DNA from: an uncultured bacterium
GTDB lineage: Bacteria > Cyanobacteriota > Vampirovibrionia > Gastranaerophilales > Gastranaerophilaceae
DNA: 64,000 bases
Direction: 5' to 3'
Assembly (NCBI GenBank): GCA_902797985.1
Contig: CADBUZ010000010.1
Location: 6,755-70,754 of the forward strand
The position numbers and the translations under genes are program-made. The notes under the pieces are model-generated. The model worked only from the letters and a program-made list of their open reading frames with translations, was not told the origin of the DNA and searched no databases. Below are positions 28,114-37,091 of this stretch, one piece after another. Position 1 is the first letter of the stretch. Every line of letters starts with the position of its first letter.

Positions 28114-29211
28114 ATGACAAAACAAACTTTTTTACACGACAAACACATTTCACTAGGCGCTAAAATGGTAGATTTTGCAGGTTGGCATATGCCTGTACAG
28201 TATTCATCCATAATAGAAGAACACAAAACCGTAAGGGAAAATGTTGGTTTATTTGATGTATCACATATGGGAGAAGTTATTGTTGAAGGTGAAGACGCAC
28301 TTCCTTATTTAAATAAAATTGTTCCGCAAGACATCACAAAGCTTGTCGATAGAAAAGCTGTATACTGTCAAATGACAAATAAAAAGGGCGGAATTATAGA
28401 TGATTTAATTATCTATAAAATAAAAGACAACAAATATTTAATTATAGCGAATGCTTCAAGAATTGATGAAGATTTAAATTGGATGGTTCGTAACAAATTG
28501 GGATTTAACGTAAACATAATAAATGAATCACATAATTATTCATTGTTAGCAGTACAAGGACCAAAGGCGATTGAACTTATTCATAAAATGGGTGTAGCAG
28601 AGCTTCCTCCATTTTTCTCAATTAAACGAGGAGAATTATTCAATATAAACTTATGGATATCCCGAACAGGATATACAGGTGAAGATGGAGTAGAGATTCT
28701 CGTAAGAAACGAATTTTCAGAATTTTTATGGGATAAAATTTTAGAATTTGGACAAGAATTCGGAATAAAACCAATCGGACTGGGAGCACGTGACACATTA
28801 AGACTAGAAGCAGCACTCCACCTGTACGGAAATGATTTAGACGAAGAAACAACTCCAATAGAGGCGGGTTTAAGCTGGTCTATTCCAAAAGCAAAAGTTG
28901 ACGACTACAACGGAAAAGAAGTTATAATGTCACAGATTGCAAATGGCACAGACAAAAAATTAATTGGTCTAAAAATGATAGATAAAGGAATTGCCAGACA
29001 CGGGTACGAAGTTTATTATAATAATGATATTATAGGACATATAACCAGCGGGGGAATTTCTCCTGTAAGAGGTGATAATATTGCACTTGCATACGTAAAA
29101 AACTTAACAGAAATGGAAATTGGTGCAACAATTCAAGTAAAAATCAGAGAAAAATTATATAATGCTGAAATAGTAAAAAGACCATTTGTACAAAAGAAAA
29201 ATAAAGGTTAA
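28114..29211 (+). CDS. gcvT: Glycine cleavage system aminomethyltransferase (T protein)
   Basis: N-terminus LHDKHISLGAKMVDFAGWHMPVQY and overall GcvT pattern, 365 aa. Confidence 0.9.
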   Translation: MTKQTFLHDKHISLGAKMVDFAGWHMPVQYSSIIEEHKTVRENVGLFDVSHMGEVIVEGEDALPYLNKIVPQDITKLVDRKAVYCQMTNKKGGIIDDLIIYKIKDNKYLIIANASRIDEDLNWMVRNKLGFNVNIINESHNYSLLAVQGPKAIELIHKMGVAELPPFFSIKRGELFNINLWISRTGYTGEDGVEILVRNEFSEFLWDKILEFGQEFGIKPIGLGARDTLRLEAALHLYGNDLDEETTPIEAGLSWSIPKAKVDDYNGKEVIMSQIANGTDKKLIGLKMIDKGIARHGYEVYYNNDIIGHITSGGISPVRGDNIALAYVKNLTEMEIGATIQVKIREKLYNAEIVKRPFVQKKNKG

Positions 29212-29234
29212 TATTTTATAAAGGAGAATTAAGA

Positions 29235-29615
29235 ATGAGCGAAGGAATGTTATGTAGTAAATCACACGAATATATTCTGGAACAAGAAAGCGGTAAATAT
29301 TTTATCGGACTAACTGATTATGCTGTTGAGCAATTGGGTGACATTGTATTTGTTGAGTTACCTGAAGTTGGTTCAAGTTTTGGCAAGAATGAATCTTTTG
29401 CAACAGTAGAATCAGTAAAAGCAGCTTCTGAAATATACATGCCTGTAAGCGGAACTATTGTTGAAATAAACGAGGATATTATTTCAACCCCGGAACTTTT
29501 AAATGAAGACCCTTTAGGTAAAGCTTGGCTTGTCAAGATAGAAACAACAGCTGATGACGTTGAGTTTAAAGATTTGTTGGATTATTCCGATTACAAAGAA
29601 GAAGTTGAAGGATAG
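29235..29615 (+). CDS. gcvH: Glycine cleavage system H protein
   Basis: Lipoyl-lysine motif ESVKAASE, 126 aa, immediately downstream of gcvT. Confidence 0.9.
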   Translation: MSEGMLCSKSHEYILEQESGKYFIGLTDYAVEQLGDIVFVELPEVGSSFGKNESFATVESVKAASEIYMPVSGTIVEINEDIISTPELLNEDPLGKAWLVKIETTADDVEFKDLLDYSDYKEEVEG

Positions 29616-29646
29616 ATATTATACAAAATAAGTAAATAAACAAAAA

Positions 29647-29680
29647 AGAGGTTATCAACCACGATAACCTCTTTTTATTT
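29647..29680 (+). terminator. Rho-independent terminator of gcvTH
   Basis: AGAGGTTATC-loop-GATAACCTCT followed by TTTT. Confidence 0.75.
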
Positions 29681-29683
29681 CAT

Positions 29684-29710
29684 AAAAAAAAGGCCGGATA
29701 AATCCGACCG
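29684..29710 (-). terminator. Rho-independent terminator of the minus-strand TPR gene
   Basis: On the minus strand, GGTCGGA-TTTA-TCCGGCC (one G-U pair) is followed by TTTTTTTT. Confidence 0.6.
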
Positions 29711-29785
29711 TGTTTGTGTGTGTATTTGATGAATTTTTGAAAATATGAATTTGTTAATTGAATGCGTTTAATTGATTTTTAATTA

Positions 29786-31714
29786 TTACCCAATTTCTTC
29801 TAAAAGGTCATTTATTTTGTTAATAAGCTCTGCATCACGATAATTATCAGTATGAGAAAGAGCTTTTCTTAATAATATTTTTGCTTTTGCAGGATTTTTC
29901 AAATCATACATAAGTTCACCTGCAGCATAATAATTTTCTGCAACACTGTTATCAACTTTTGCATCAGAATAATTTTTAACTGCATTTGCATAACATTTCA
30001 ATGCTTTATCTGGTTTATTAAATTTATTGAATGCGCCTGCTGTGTTACTTGATACATAACCTTTCATTTCGTAATCATTTGTTTGCGAAATTAAAACATT
30101 AGCTTCATCATAGAAAATAAAAGCATCTTGATTATATTTATCAGTATAAATATTTGCAATATTTGTCAAAGATTTTGATTGAGAAGACAGATTATCCTCT
30201 TGACCTGCGTAAGAGACTGATGTCATATAATGATTTATAGCAGAATCAACCTGATTAACATCGTCATAAATTTTAGCCATAGAATAATGAGCTTTTGTTT
30301 TAATTGTAGTATCAGTTGTATCTCTTAATGATTTATTATAACTACTTAGGGCTTGAACTAAATAATTATTATCATCATAAATTTTACCCATTTCAAAACA
30401 AATTTTAGATTGAGTTTCAGAATCATTAATCGCTTCAGCTCTTTTTAAAGCTTTTTGGAATATATTCATTGCTTTTGCAGGATTATTAGAATAAGCTTGT
30501 TTTTTAGCCTGAACGAATAGAGCTTTTAGTTCATTATCTTCAGGGATAATATTTATCTTAGGTTTTCTTCTTTTCGGAGCAACCGGTCTAACCGGAGGGA
30601 GCGGTCTTGCATGTTGAATAGGTCTTTGGACAACATTTTGAGGGACTGGTCTGTTATAAGCAGTCATTGGAGCATTTTTAGGAGCTCTTGCAGGCTGAAT
30701 AGGGACTGTTTGGTTAACAGGTTGATGGACTACTTGTTGAGGTTGTTCTTGAGGTTCTACCGGAACATAATCAGGTATTTCTCCTGTTGGAGTTTGAACT
30801 TGTTCCGGAATAGCTTCGTGTTTTTGACCTCTACCTACTACTGAATCAGGCTGTTGAGGAGCATTCTCTCCTTCAGGAAACTTAACAAGAAAATCTTGAT
30901 TTATTTCACCATCATTATAACTGTAATTTATTCTTTGCAAGAATAACGCATCTAACCAGTTTTGAACAACTTTTGAATCTTTATCTAAAGTTTCTGAAAT
31001 ATATTTATCAATAATTACAGCTGCATTTTGCAAATTAGTTTGAACAAAATTAATTGAAGGTGCATCACCTTTAGTATGTTCTATAACTTTTTCAAGATAG
31101 TCTTCTACCTCATCAACTAAACACTGAGGGGTACCAATTGCGGCGTATGTGCCTCGAAAATCTTTAATAATCTGTGCTATGTTAACACGATTATTTTTAG
31201 CCATATTATTAATTTGTTCTTGAGTTTTAGGATCATTTTGTATCTCGCGAACAGAAGTTGGCTGTTGTTCAGGGATTTGCTGAGGCTGTGCCATCGGTCT
31301 GACAGGTTGAGGCATAGCTTGACGAGGAGCCATAGCAATATTTTGCTGCTGGATTTGAGGAGGTTGTTGAGGCATACGTGGTGCCATTTGAGGTACAGAT
31401 TGATTACCCATAGGACGTTGAGGCTGTCTGGGAACACCCATTCTCACCGGTTTACCGACTCTACGTGCAGTCATAGGAGGAGTAGCTGATTGTCCTTGTT
31501 CTGATGCACGTCCACGAGCAATTGTACGTGGTTCTTGCTGTTCATTTTGCTGACCACGCCCGCCTTGCTGCTGACGCCCATTTTGCGACAAAGAATCTTG
31601 AGCCTGTTCTTCAGCCTCTTGCTCTGTTTTATAACCTTGACCTACGTATGGTCTTGGCGATATATTCATCGCATTGTACACTACAAACCGTCCTTCCCAA
31701 AGAGAATACGACAC
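29786..31714 (-). CDS. Pro/Gln/Met-rich low-complexity protein with C-terminal TPR repeats
   Basis: The N-terminal half is rich in PQ(R/M)P repeats. The C-terminal 250 aa show TPR-like periodicity (AKAMNIFQKALKRAE..., YYAAGELMYDLKNPAKAKILLRKAL). Confidence 0.65.
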   Translation of the reverse strand: MSYSLWEGRFVVYNAMNISPRPYVGQGYKTEQEAEEQAQDSLSQNGRQQQGGRGQQNEQQEPRTIARGRASEQGQSATPPMTARRVGKPVRMGVPRQPQRPMGNQSVPQMAPRMPQQPPQIQQQNIAMAPRQAMPQPVRPMAQPQQIPEQQPTSVREIQNDPKTQEQINNMAKNNRVNIAQIIKDFRGTYAAIGTPQCLVDEVEDYLEKVIEHTKGDAPSINFVQTNLQNAAVIIDKYISETLDKDSKVVQNWLDALFLQRINYSYNDGEINQDFLVKFPEGENAPQQPDSVVGRGQKHEAIPEQVQTPTGEIPDYVPVEPQEQPQQVVHQPVNQTVPIQPARAPKNAPMTAYNRPVPQNVVQRPIQHARPLPPVRPVAPKRRKPKINIIPEDNELKALFVQAKKQAYSNNPAKAMNIFQKALKRAEAINDSETQSKICFEMGKIYDDNNYLVQALSSYNKSLRDTTDTTIKTKAHYSMAKIYDDVNQVDSAINHYMTSVSYAGQEDNLSSQSKSLTNIANIYTDKYNQDAFIFYDEANVLISQTNDYEMKGYVSSNTAGAFNKFNKPDKALKCYANAVKNYSDAKVDNSVAENYYAAGELMYDLKNPAKAKILLRKALSHTDNYRDAELINKINDLLEEIG

Positions 31715-31825
31715 TAATTAGAATACCTTTAAACAGGGGGTTATTAAATCATCCGTTTAAATGAGTTCTGTTTTCTATTTAATGTTTTTTCATGAGAAGT
31801 CAAATTTTTTGTGCAATATTTTTAT

Positions 31826-32239
31826 TTATTCACCCATAACTTTGACAATAACACGTTTTCTACGTTGTCCGTCAAACTCTGCATAATATATTTGCTGCCA
31901 CGTTCCAAAGTCTAATCTGCCATCTGTAACAGGTACAATAACCTCATGACCTATTAAAAGACTTTTTAAATGACTATCGCCATTTGTTTCTCCGGTATTA
32001 TGATGATTGTAATTAATATCAAATGGGGCAAGTTCTTCCAGCCATTTATCTATATCTTCTATTAAACCATATTCAGCATCATTAACGTATATACCTGCTG
32101 TAATATGCATTGCTGATACTAAAACCATACCCTCTTTTATACCGCTGTTTGATACTATCTCTTGAACTTTTCTTGTGATATTTATATATTCTCTGTGTTT
32201 TTCTGTATTGAACCACAAATATTCAGTTTTAAATTTCAT
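31826..32239 (-). CDS. YjbQ/UPF0047 family protein (secondary thiamine-phosphate synthase-like)
   Basis: [14 protein letters not shown]...[38 protein letters not shown] matches the YjbQ family pattern. Confidence 0.8.
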   Translation of the reverse strand: MKFKTEYLWFNTEKHREYINITRKVQEIVSNSGIKEGMVLVSAMHITAGIYVNDAEYGLIEDIDKWLEELAPFDINYNHHNTGETNGDSHLKSLLIGHEVIVPVTDGRLDFGTWQQIYYAEFDGQRRKRVIVKVMGE

Positions 32240-32341
32240 TTAAAAACTCCTTTCACGATATTATAGAAGAATTTTAAACCAAACAAATTTCGGGTAAAAG
32301 TACTATGATAAACTTTTAAAAATATAGTATAGTAACTTATA

Positions 32342-32872
32342 ATGACAATAAGCAAGAATATTTCAGAATATATTGAAAACACAAAAGTTAATAAAAAATT
32401 TATCAAATGGAATAAATCAACCGTATACCTATACATAACGGAAATTACTACTGCAACGAATCTGAAAGAATATTACTATAATGAAGTTCGAAAAGGGATA
32501 ACTACTTGGAACAAAGTTTTATCGGAGAACAATATACCCATTAAATTCGAGCAAACTGAAACTGCAAAAAGCGCAGATATCATTATCCATTGGGTTAAAG
32601 TCGGACGTGTATTTGAAGGCATGTGTAAATACTTAAGCATAATCAACAATGAAATAAAAAAAGTTTCTATAGAAATTGGATTAGAAAACGAATATTCAGG
32701 CAAAAATACTACAAATGAAAGTATATTCTTCACGATAATGCATGAATTAGGACATTCTTTAGGACTTGGACACGGAGTTGATATTGATGATGTAATGTAT
32801 GTACCCCATAAAAAAAACATCTCAAAACCAAGTGAAAACGACATATATGTTTTAAAAGAAATATACAAATAA
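32342..32872 (+). CDS. Metzincin (matrixin/M10-like) zinc metalloprotease
   Basis: HELGHSLGLGH matches the HExxHxxGxxH motif. Confidence 0.7.
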   Translation: MTISKNISEYIENTKVNKKFIKWNKSTVYLYITEITTATNLKEYYYNEVRKGITTWNKVLSENNIPIKFEQTETAKSADIIIHWVKVGRVFEGMCKYLSIINNEIKKVSIEIGLENEYSGKNTTNESIFFTIMHELGHSLGLGHGVDIDDVMYVPHKKNISKPSENDIYVLKEIYK

Positions 32873-33003
32873 TTTACCTTTAGACATTTGTTAACATTTC
32901 TTAATATTATCCGGCTCAAAAAGCAATTTTCATGAGTAGATATACTTTATATATACATAGGAAATAAATTTAATTAGGATATTAAATTATAGGAGTATAT
33001 AAT

Positions 33004-33639
33004 ATGGTTGATTTCAATGGCTTCCAAAACTTAATTCACAACTTAGGACTATCCGCTGCTAGAATCGAGAACAACAAATTTGATATTGATTCAAAAAGTG
33101 AAGTTAGCGCATTTATTGCCGGAGCCGAAGAATGCAAAACCAAAGAATTGAATAAAGAACAAGGTGTTATTGAAGTTGGCTCAGAAGCAGAACTTGACCA
33201 AATAATGAAAAAAGAATTAGCTAGTTTAATGGGTGCTGACTTTGGAACAACAAAAGCAGGCTTGAAACAACATGTTGATGAAAACGGAAAGGCTAAATTC
33301 TCTGAAGAAGACCTTTCTCTTGAAAACTTGATGTCATTACTTGAACCTGAAGAAGGATTAAATATTGATCAAGTAAGAGAATATTCTAAAAAACCAATGT
33401 TATCAAGTGCTAGTGAAATCAATCCGCTTGAAGAATTAGAAAAATTAGGGATGAACGAAGCTGATGCACAAGTGCTAATGAACACTGTTCCAGGTGCAAT
33501 GAAATTCATAACAGATGCTATAAAAGACGGTTCAGCAAAAAGAATTACAAATTATATGACAGAATTAGGATATGGAAATGAAGCTATTGGCGGATTTATG
33601 ACAAATCCTGAAACTAAAGCTCTAATTTGGGAGTCATAA
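33004..33639 (+). CDS. Acidic hypothetical protein
   Basis: AGGAG RBS upstream of the ATG at 33004. No recognisable domain. Confidence 0.5.
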   Translation: MVDFNGFQNLIHNLGLSAARIENNKFDIDSKSEVSAFIAGAEECKTKELNKEQGVIEVGSEAELDQIMKKELASLMGADFGTTKAGLKQHVDENGKAKFSEEDLSLENLMSLLEPEEGLNIDQVREYSKKPMLSSASEINPLEELEKLGMNEADAQVLMNTVPGAMKFITDAIKDGSAKRITNYMTELGYGNEAIGGFMTNPETKALIWES

Positions 33640-33785
33640 ATTAGAATAGCCTGTGTTACAAACAAAAGGAGGATAAAAAATAAGAAAATAGCTTTATAAC
33701 AAAGATTTCTTCGAACCCGCAATAAGGAAATGCGGCAGTAGAGTCCCGTATGGGATATGGGAATAAGATAGTAAGATAAGGTTTG

Positions 33786-33812
33786 GCGGATAAAATCCGC
33801 CTTTTCTTTTTT
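33786..33812 (+). terminator. Rho-independent terminator about 150 nt downstream of the 33004-33639 ORF
   Basis: GGCGGAT-AAA-ATCCGCC followed by TTTTCTTTTTTT. Confidence 0.6.
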
Positions 33813-33817
33813 TAATT

Positions 33818-33988
33818 ATAGTTTAGCGACGAACTTCGTTCATCGCTAAACTATGGTCGTTAAGACGTTAGGTTCATTTAGTCGGCAAAGCCGACTAATT
33901 TATAATAATATACAGCCAAAGGCTATAAAATTGAACCTCACGACCTAACGTCCTAGCGTCCTAGTATCTGTTTATCTCGATAAACTAT
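33818..33988 (+). repeat. MITE-like repeat, copy A (most complete; opposite orientation to copies B and C)
   Basis: The ends ATAGTTTAGCGAC and CTCGATAAACTAT form imperfect terminal inverted repeats. Internal hairpins are TTAGTCGGCAAAGCCGACTAA and ATACAGCCAAAGGCTAT. The core of about 95 nt is near-identical to 44900-44995 and 48740-48835 in reverse complement. Confidence 0.8.
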
Positions 33989-34198
33989 AATTTCCTTAAC
34001 AATAAGATTGACACAAGAACATGTCTGTTGTTGAATAATAGTACACTTTAGTCGAAATTTTCGTGCTGGATTTGACGGCTCAAAGTATAAGTAGTAGCAA
34101 CACATTGCCGGAATAAGTAAGGGTTTCAGGATAATCAATGTGATTGCAGAAGGTAGGTCGGGGTTTCTGTCCTGACAAAAAGTAAAAAGGAGAAAATA

Positions 34199-34576
34199 AT
34201 GCCTACAATTAACCAGTTAGTACGTCAAGAACGTAAAAAACTAACAGACAAAACAAAATCTCCTGCTTTGATGAATTGTCCTCAAAGACGTGGAGTATGT
34301 ACAAGGGTTTACACAACAACCCCTAAAAAACCAAACTCAGCATTAAGAAAAGTTGCCAGAGTAAGATTAACAAACGGATTTGAAGTTACTTCTTATATCC
34401 CTGGTATCGGACACAACCTTCAAGAACACAGTGTTGTTCTTATCAGAGGAGGCCGTGTAAAGGATTTACCTGGTGTTCGTTATCACATCGTTAGAGGAAC
34501 ACTTGATACAGCAGGTGTTGCTAACAGAAACCAAAGCCGTTCTAAATACGGTGCTAAAAAAGGAGGTAAGAAATAA
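34199..34576 (+). CDS. rpsL: 30S ribosomal protein S12
   Basis: MPTINQLVR...[10 protein letters not shown]...; 125 aa. Confidence 0.95.
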   Translation: MPTINQLVRQERKKLTDKTKSPALMNCPQRRGVCTRVYTTTPKKPNSALRKVARVRLTNGFEVTSYIPGIGHNLQEHSVVLIRGGRVKDLPGVRYHIVRGTLDTAGVANRNQSRSKYGAKKGGKK

Positions 34577-35043
34577 TGTCAAGACGTTCTAAACCGGAAA
34601 GACGTATACCGGCTCCGGATCCTATATACAATAACGTAGATATTTCTAAATTCATTAACAGAATTATGCGTCGTGGTAAAAAATCACTTGCTGAAAGAAT
34701 TTTCTACGCTACATTAGAAAGAATTAAAGAAAGAACAAACGAAAATCCTATCGAAACTTTCGAAAAAGCATTGAAAAATGCTACTCCGTTATTGGAAGTT
34801 AAAGCTAGACGTATCGGTGGTTCTACTTATCAAGTACCTATCGAAGTTAAAGCTGACAGAGGATTTGCTCTTGCTTCTTCTTGGTTGATTGAATCAGCTA
34901 AGAAAAGAGGCGGAAAATCTTTCATCGATAAGTTAACAAACGAACTTATGGATGCTTCAAACGGCCAAGGTGCTGCTTGCAAAAAACGTGAAGACACCCA
35001 CAAAATGGCTGAAGCTAACAAAGCGTTTGCTCACTACAGATAA
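34576..35043 (+). CDS. rpsG: 30S ribosomal protein S7
   Basis: [10 protein letters not shown]...; 155 aa. The start overlaps the rpsL stop. Confidence 0.95.
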   Translation: MSRRSKPERRIPAPDPIYNNVDISKFINRIMRRGKKSLAERIFYATLERIKERTNENPIETFEKALKNATPLLEVKARRIGGSTYQVPIEVKADRGFALASSWLIESAKKRGGKSFIDKLTNELMDASNGQGAACKKREDTHKMAEANKAFAHYR

Positions 35044-35050
35044 GAATCAT

Positions 35051-35084
35051 AAAGCCCTCAATTTATTGGGGGCTTTCTATTTTA
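35051..35084 (+). terminator. Rho-independent terminator after rpsG
   Basis: AAAGCCCTCAA-TTTA-TTGGGGGCTTT followed by a T-rich tract. Confidence 0.65.
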
Positions 35085-35384
35085 TGAATTATGACTACAT
35101 TAAAATTTCACAAACCAACTATCAAATTTAATTTTGAAAATATAAATTCATCTTCTCTTGATTACAGAGAAGAATTAAAAATGTTCAAAAATATCGACCG
35201 AAAAATAGAAAATGAAATTTTCATTAAAAATATTCTTGGGATAAAGAAAAACTCTAATTAAAACATATACCCCAAATAAACTCCGGCAATCTCATACAAT
35301 ACCACTGAAACAATTTTGATAATTTATGTTTACCAAGTAACATAATATTACAAATAATTACAAACTTTACGGCAATTTCTGTAT

Positions 35385-35690
35385 GAATAAATACTTTATA
35401 TAAATAAGGGAATTATATAGAGGATATTCTATTGTCTGAAAGTATAAACACAAAATATGATGTTAATACAAAATTAACTCCGGAAATTCTCCTGCGGCTG
35501 ATGTTGTAGAAATTCAAGGAAAAGAAGATAAAAACTCTAACTATAAAAAATGGGGCAAAATCGGAGCCGGAATAGCAGCTGTTGCCCTTGCAACAGTCGG
35601 AATAATTTTTGGTAAAAAGAAAATTGACGCTAAAAAAGCAGAAAAGCTTGAAGCAGAAGCCCGCAAACTTGCAGAAGAAGCAAGAGCCAA
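35385..35690 (+). repeat. Duplicated 5' region shared by the two ART-like genes (copy 1)
   Basis: About 100 nt are identical to 37092-37198, followed by a 20-nt indel, then near-identical TM-helix and coiled-coil coding sequence. Confidence 0.85.
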
Positions 35691-37053
35691 AGCTAAAAAA
35701 GAAGCGGAACAAAAAGCAAAAGAAGCAGCTGAGAAAGCAAGAGTTGAAGCGGAACAAAAGGCAAAGGAAGCAGCTGAAAAAGCAAAACTTAAAGCGGAAC
35801 AAAAAGCAAAAGAAGCAGAAGCTCTAGCAAGAAAAAAAGAAATAGACCATTTGAATTTCGTTTCAAAATATAAATTAAAAAATGAATTTAGTGAAATTTT
35901 CCAAAACGGTTATAGCATTCCAAAAGAAAAGTCAGGATGGGATTATTTACATAAAATTGATAAAGAAGGAACTTTTTCTGATATTGAAAAATTGCCGGAA
36001 GCTATAAAAGAAAATATTGAAAAAGGTGCGGACATTTCTCCGCAGAGCATCGCTGATATATTAGAAAAAAACATGGAATTATTGTCTGATAGAAATACAT
36101 ATATTGAGTGTTTACATAAACTCAACAATAATTATGACGTTTCCATCCGAATAGCTGACAGACTATCCGAGCGTGATGCCATTTTAAAGGAAATTGTTAA
36201 AGAGTTAAAAACTGCAGCTCCAAATGAAGGAAAATCAACCTATGATGTATTTAAAGAATCAATAGAAACAGTTAAAGGTCGTCATAATGCTGTAAAAATT
36301 GCTCGAGAAAATAAGGTTAAATCAATTTTTGAACATAATGAATCAGAAACAGAAAAAATTCGTCAAAGACTTGTATATGATGAAAACTACACTCCTCATC
36401 CACAACATATTGAATTAACACAAGAACAAAAAAAGGCACTTATTGATACGTTAAATCAAGAGGCTGATATAAATCTCTCAATGGAATCCTCAATGAGTGA
36501 TATTATGAATGCTTGGCATTGGAAATATGTAGGTTTACCAATAAAACTATCAAAAAGCGCTCCCGAAGGCGAACGTGCCATTTTAGAAATGTTCCCGAAA
36601 TACAATGGAGAAGTTAACGGATATAAGGTTAAAAGCGAATTCAAGCACGCACCTTTGTATAGATTTATGCACGTAGAAAATGAACAAGAATTTTTAAAAC
36701 AGTTTGAAGAAATAGGTTCAGAATATGTACCTGATACAATCCAATCTTGCGGGAAAATGAAATATTACGGTGAAGCATATGGCGGATTAAATACACAATA
36801 TAACTTTACTGAATGGGATAAGCATAACAACATAAAACTTGTAATTCACCCAAAAGGAACTATTTCTTCCGCTGCAGATATAGGAGATACAAAATACGGC
36901 GGAATAGAAGCAATCTATCCGGCAGGAACAAAATTCAAATATATCGGTAAATTTAAAAAGACAGTTACCAAAGAAGAGTTAAACAAGGCAATGGGCGACG
37001 AATTAAAATTTGATGATTTTGACCGCTACGAAATTCATCTGCAAGAAATGTAA
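35467..37053 (+). CDS. Membrane-anchored coiled-coil protein with degenerate ADP-ribosyltransferase-like C-terminal domain; start codon unresolved
   Basis: The frame of the 35851-37053 ORF stays open back to 35467. It encodes a TM helix (WGKIGAGIAAVALATVGIIFG) and KAEAE coiled coil, but has no ATG/GTG/TTG before 35851. The C-terminus LYRF...KLVIHPKGT...GGIEAIYPAGTKFKYI follows the ART pattern but lacks the first Glu/Gln of ExE. Confidence 0.55.
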   Translation, partial: YKINSGNSPAADVVEIQGKEDKNSNYKKWGKIGAGIAAVALATVGIIFGKKKIDAKKAEKLEAEARKLAEEARAKAKKEAEQKAKEAAEKARVEAEQKAKEAAEKAKLKAEQKAKEAEALARKKEIDHLNFVSKYKLKNEFSEIFQNGYSIPKEKSGWDYLHKIDKEGTFSDIEKLPEAIKENIEKGADISPQSIADILEKNMELLSDRNTYIECLHKLNNNYDVSIRIADRLSERDAILKEIVKELKTAAPNEGKSTYDVFKESIETVKGRHNAVKIARENKVKSIFEHNESETEKIRQRLVYDENYTPHPQHIELTQEQKKALIDTLNQEADINLSMESSMSDIMNAWHWKYVGLPIKLSKSAPEGERAILEMFPKYNGEVNGYKVKSEFKHAPLYRFMHVENEQEFLKQFEEIGSEYVPDTIQSCGKMKYYGEAYGGLNTQYNFTEWDKHNNIKLVIHPKGTISSAADIGDTKYGGIEAIYPAGTKFKYIGKFKKTVTKEELNKAMGDELKFDDFDRYEIHLQEM

Positions 37054-37091
37054 TGAATCTTAAGAAAAACAATATATATTAGCAATATTTG

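Noticed and set aside
30611-31764. Several 60-91-aa ORFs on both strands inside the 29786-31714 gene
   Set aside because: Off-frame or antisense shadows of the GC-richer Pro/Gln repeat region. They are Arg/Leu/Ser-rich and fully contained in a longer coherent ORF.
32236-32919. Minus-strand ORFs 32236-32436 and 32476-32919
   Set aside because: The second is antisense to the metzincin gene, which has a clear HExxHxxGxxH motif. The first spans a promoter region and has no RBS or domain signal.
35091-35261. 56-aa ORF (MTTLKFHKPTIKFNFENINSS...) between rpsG and the ART-like genes
   Set aside because: It has no RBS, starts inside the rpsG terminator T-tract and has no recognisable domain. It is kept only as a note.
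35413-35802. 129-aa minus-strand ORF (and its twin at 37174-37482), plus the 72-aa Lys-rich plus-strand ORF at 35609-35827
   Set aside because: These are antisense or off-frame shadows of the Lys/Ala/Glu coiled-coil coding repeats. They are Phe/Cys/Lys low-complexity with no RBS. The sense frame carries a TM helix and shows synonymous-site variation between the paralogs.
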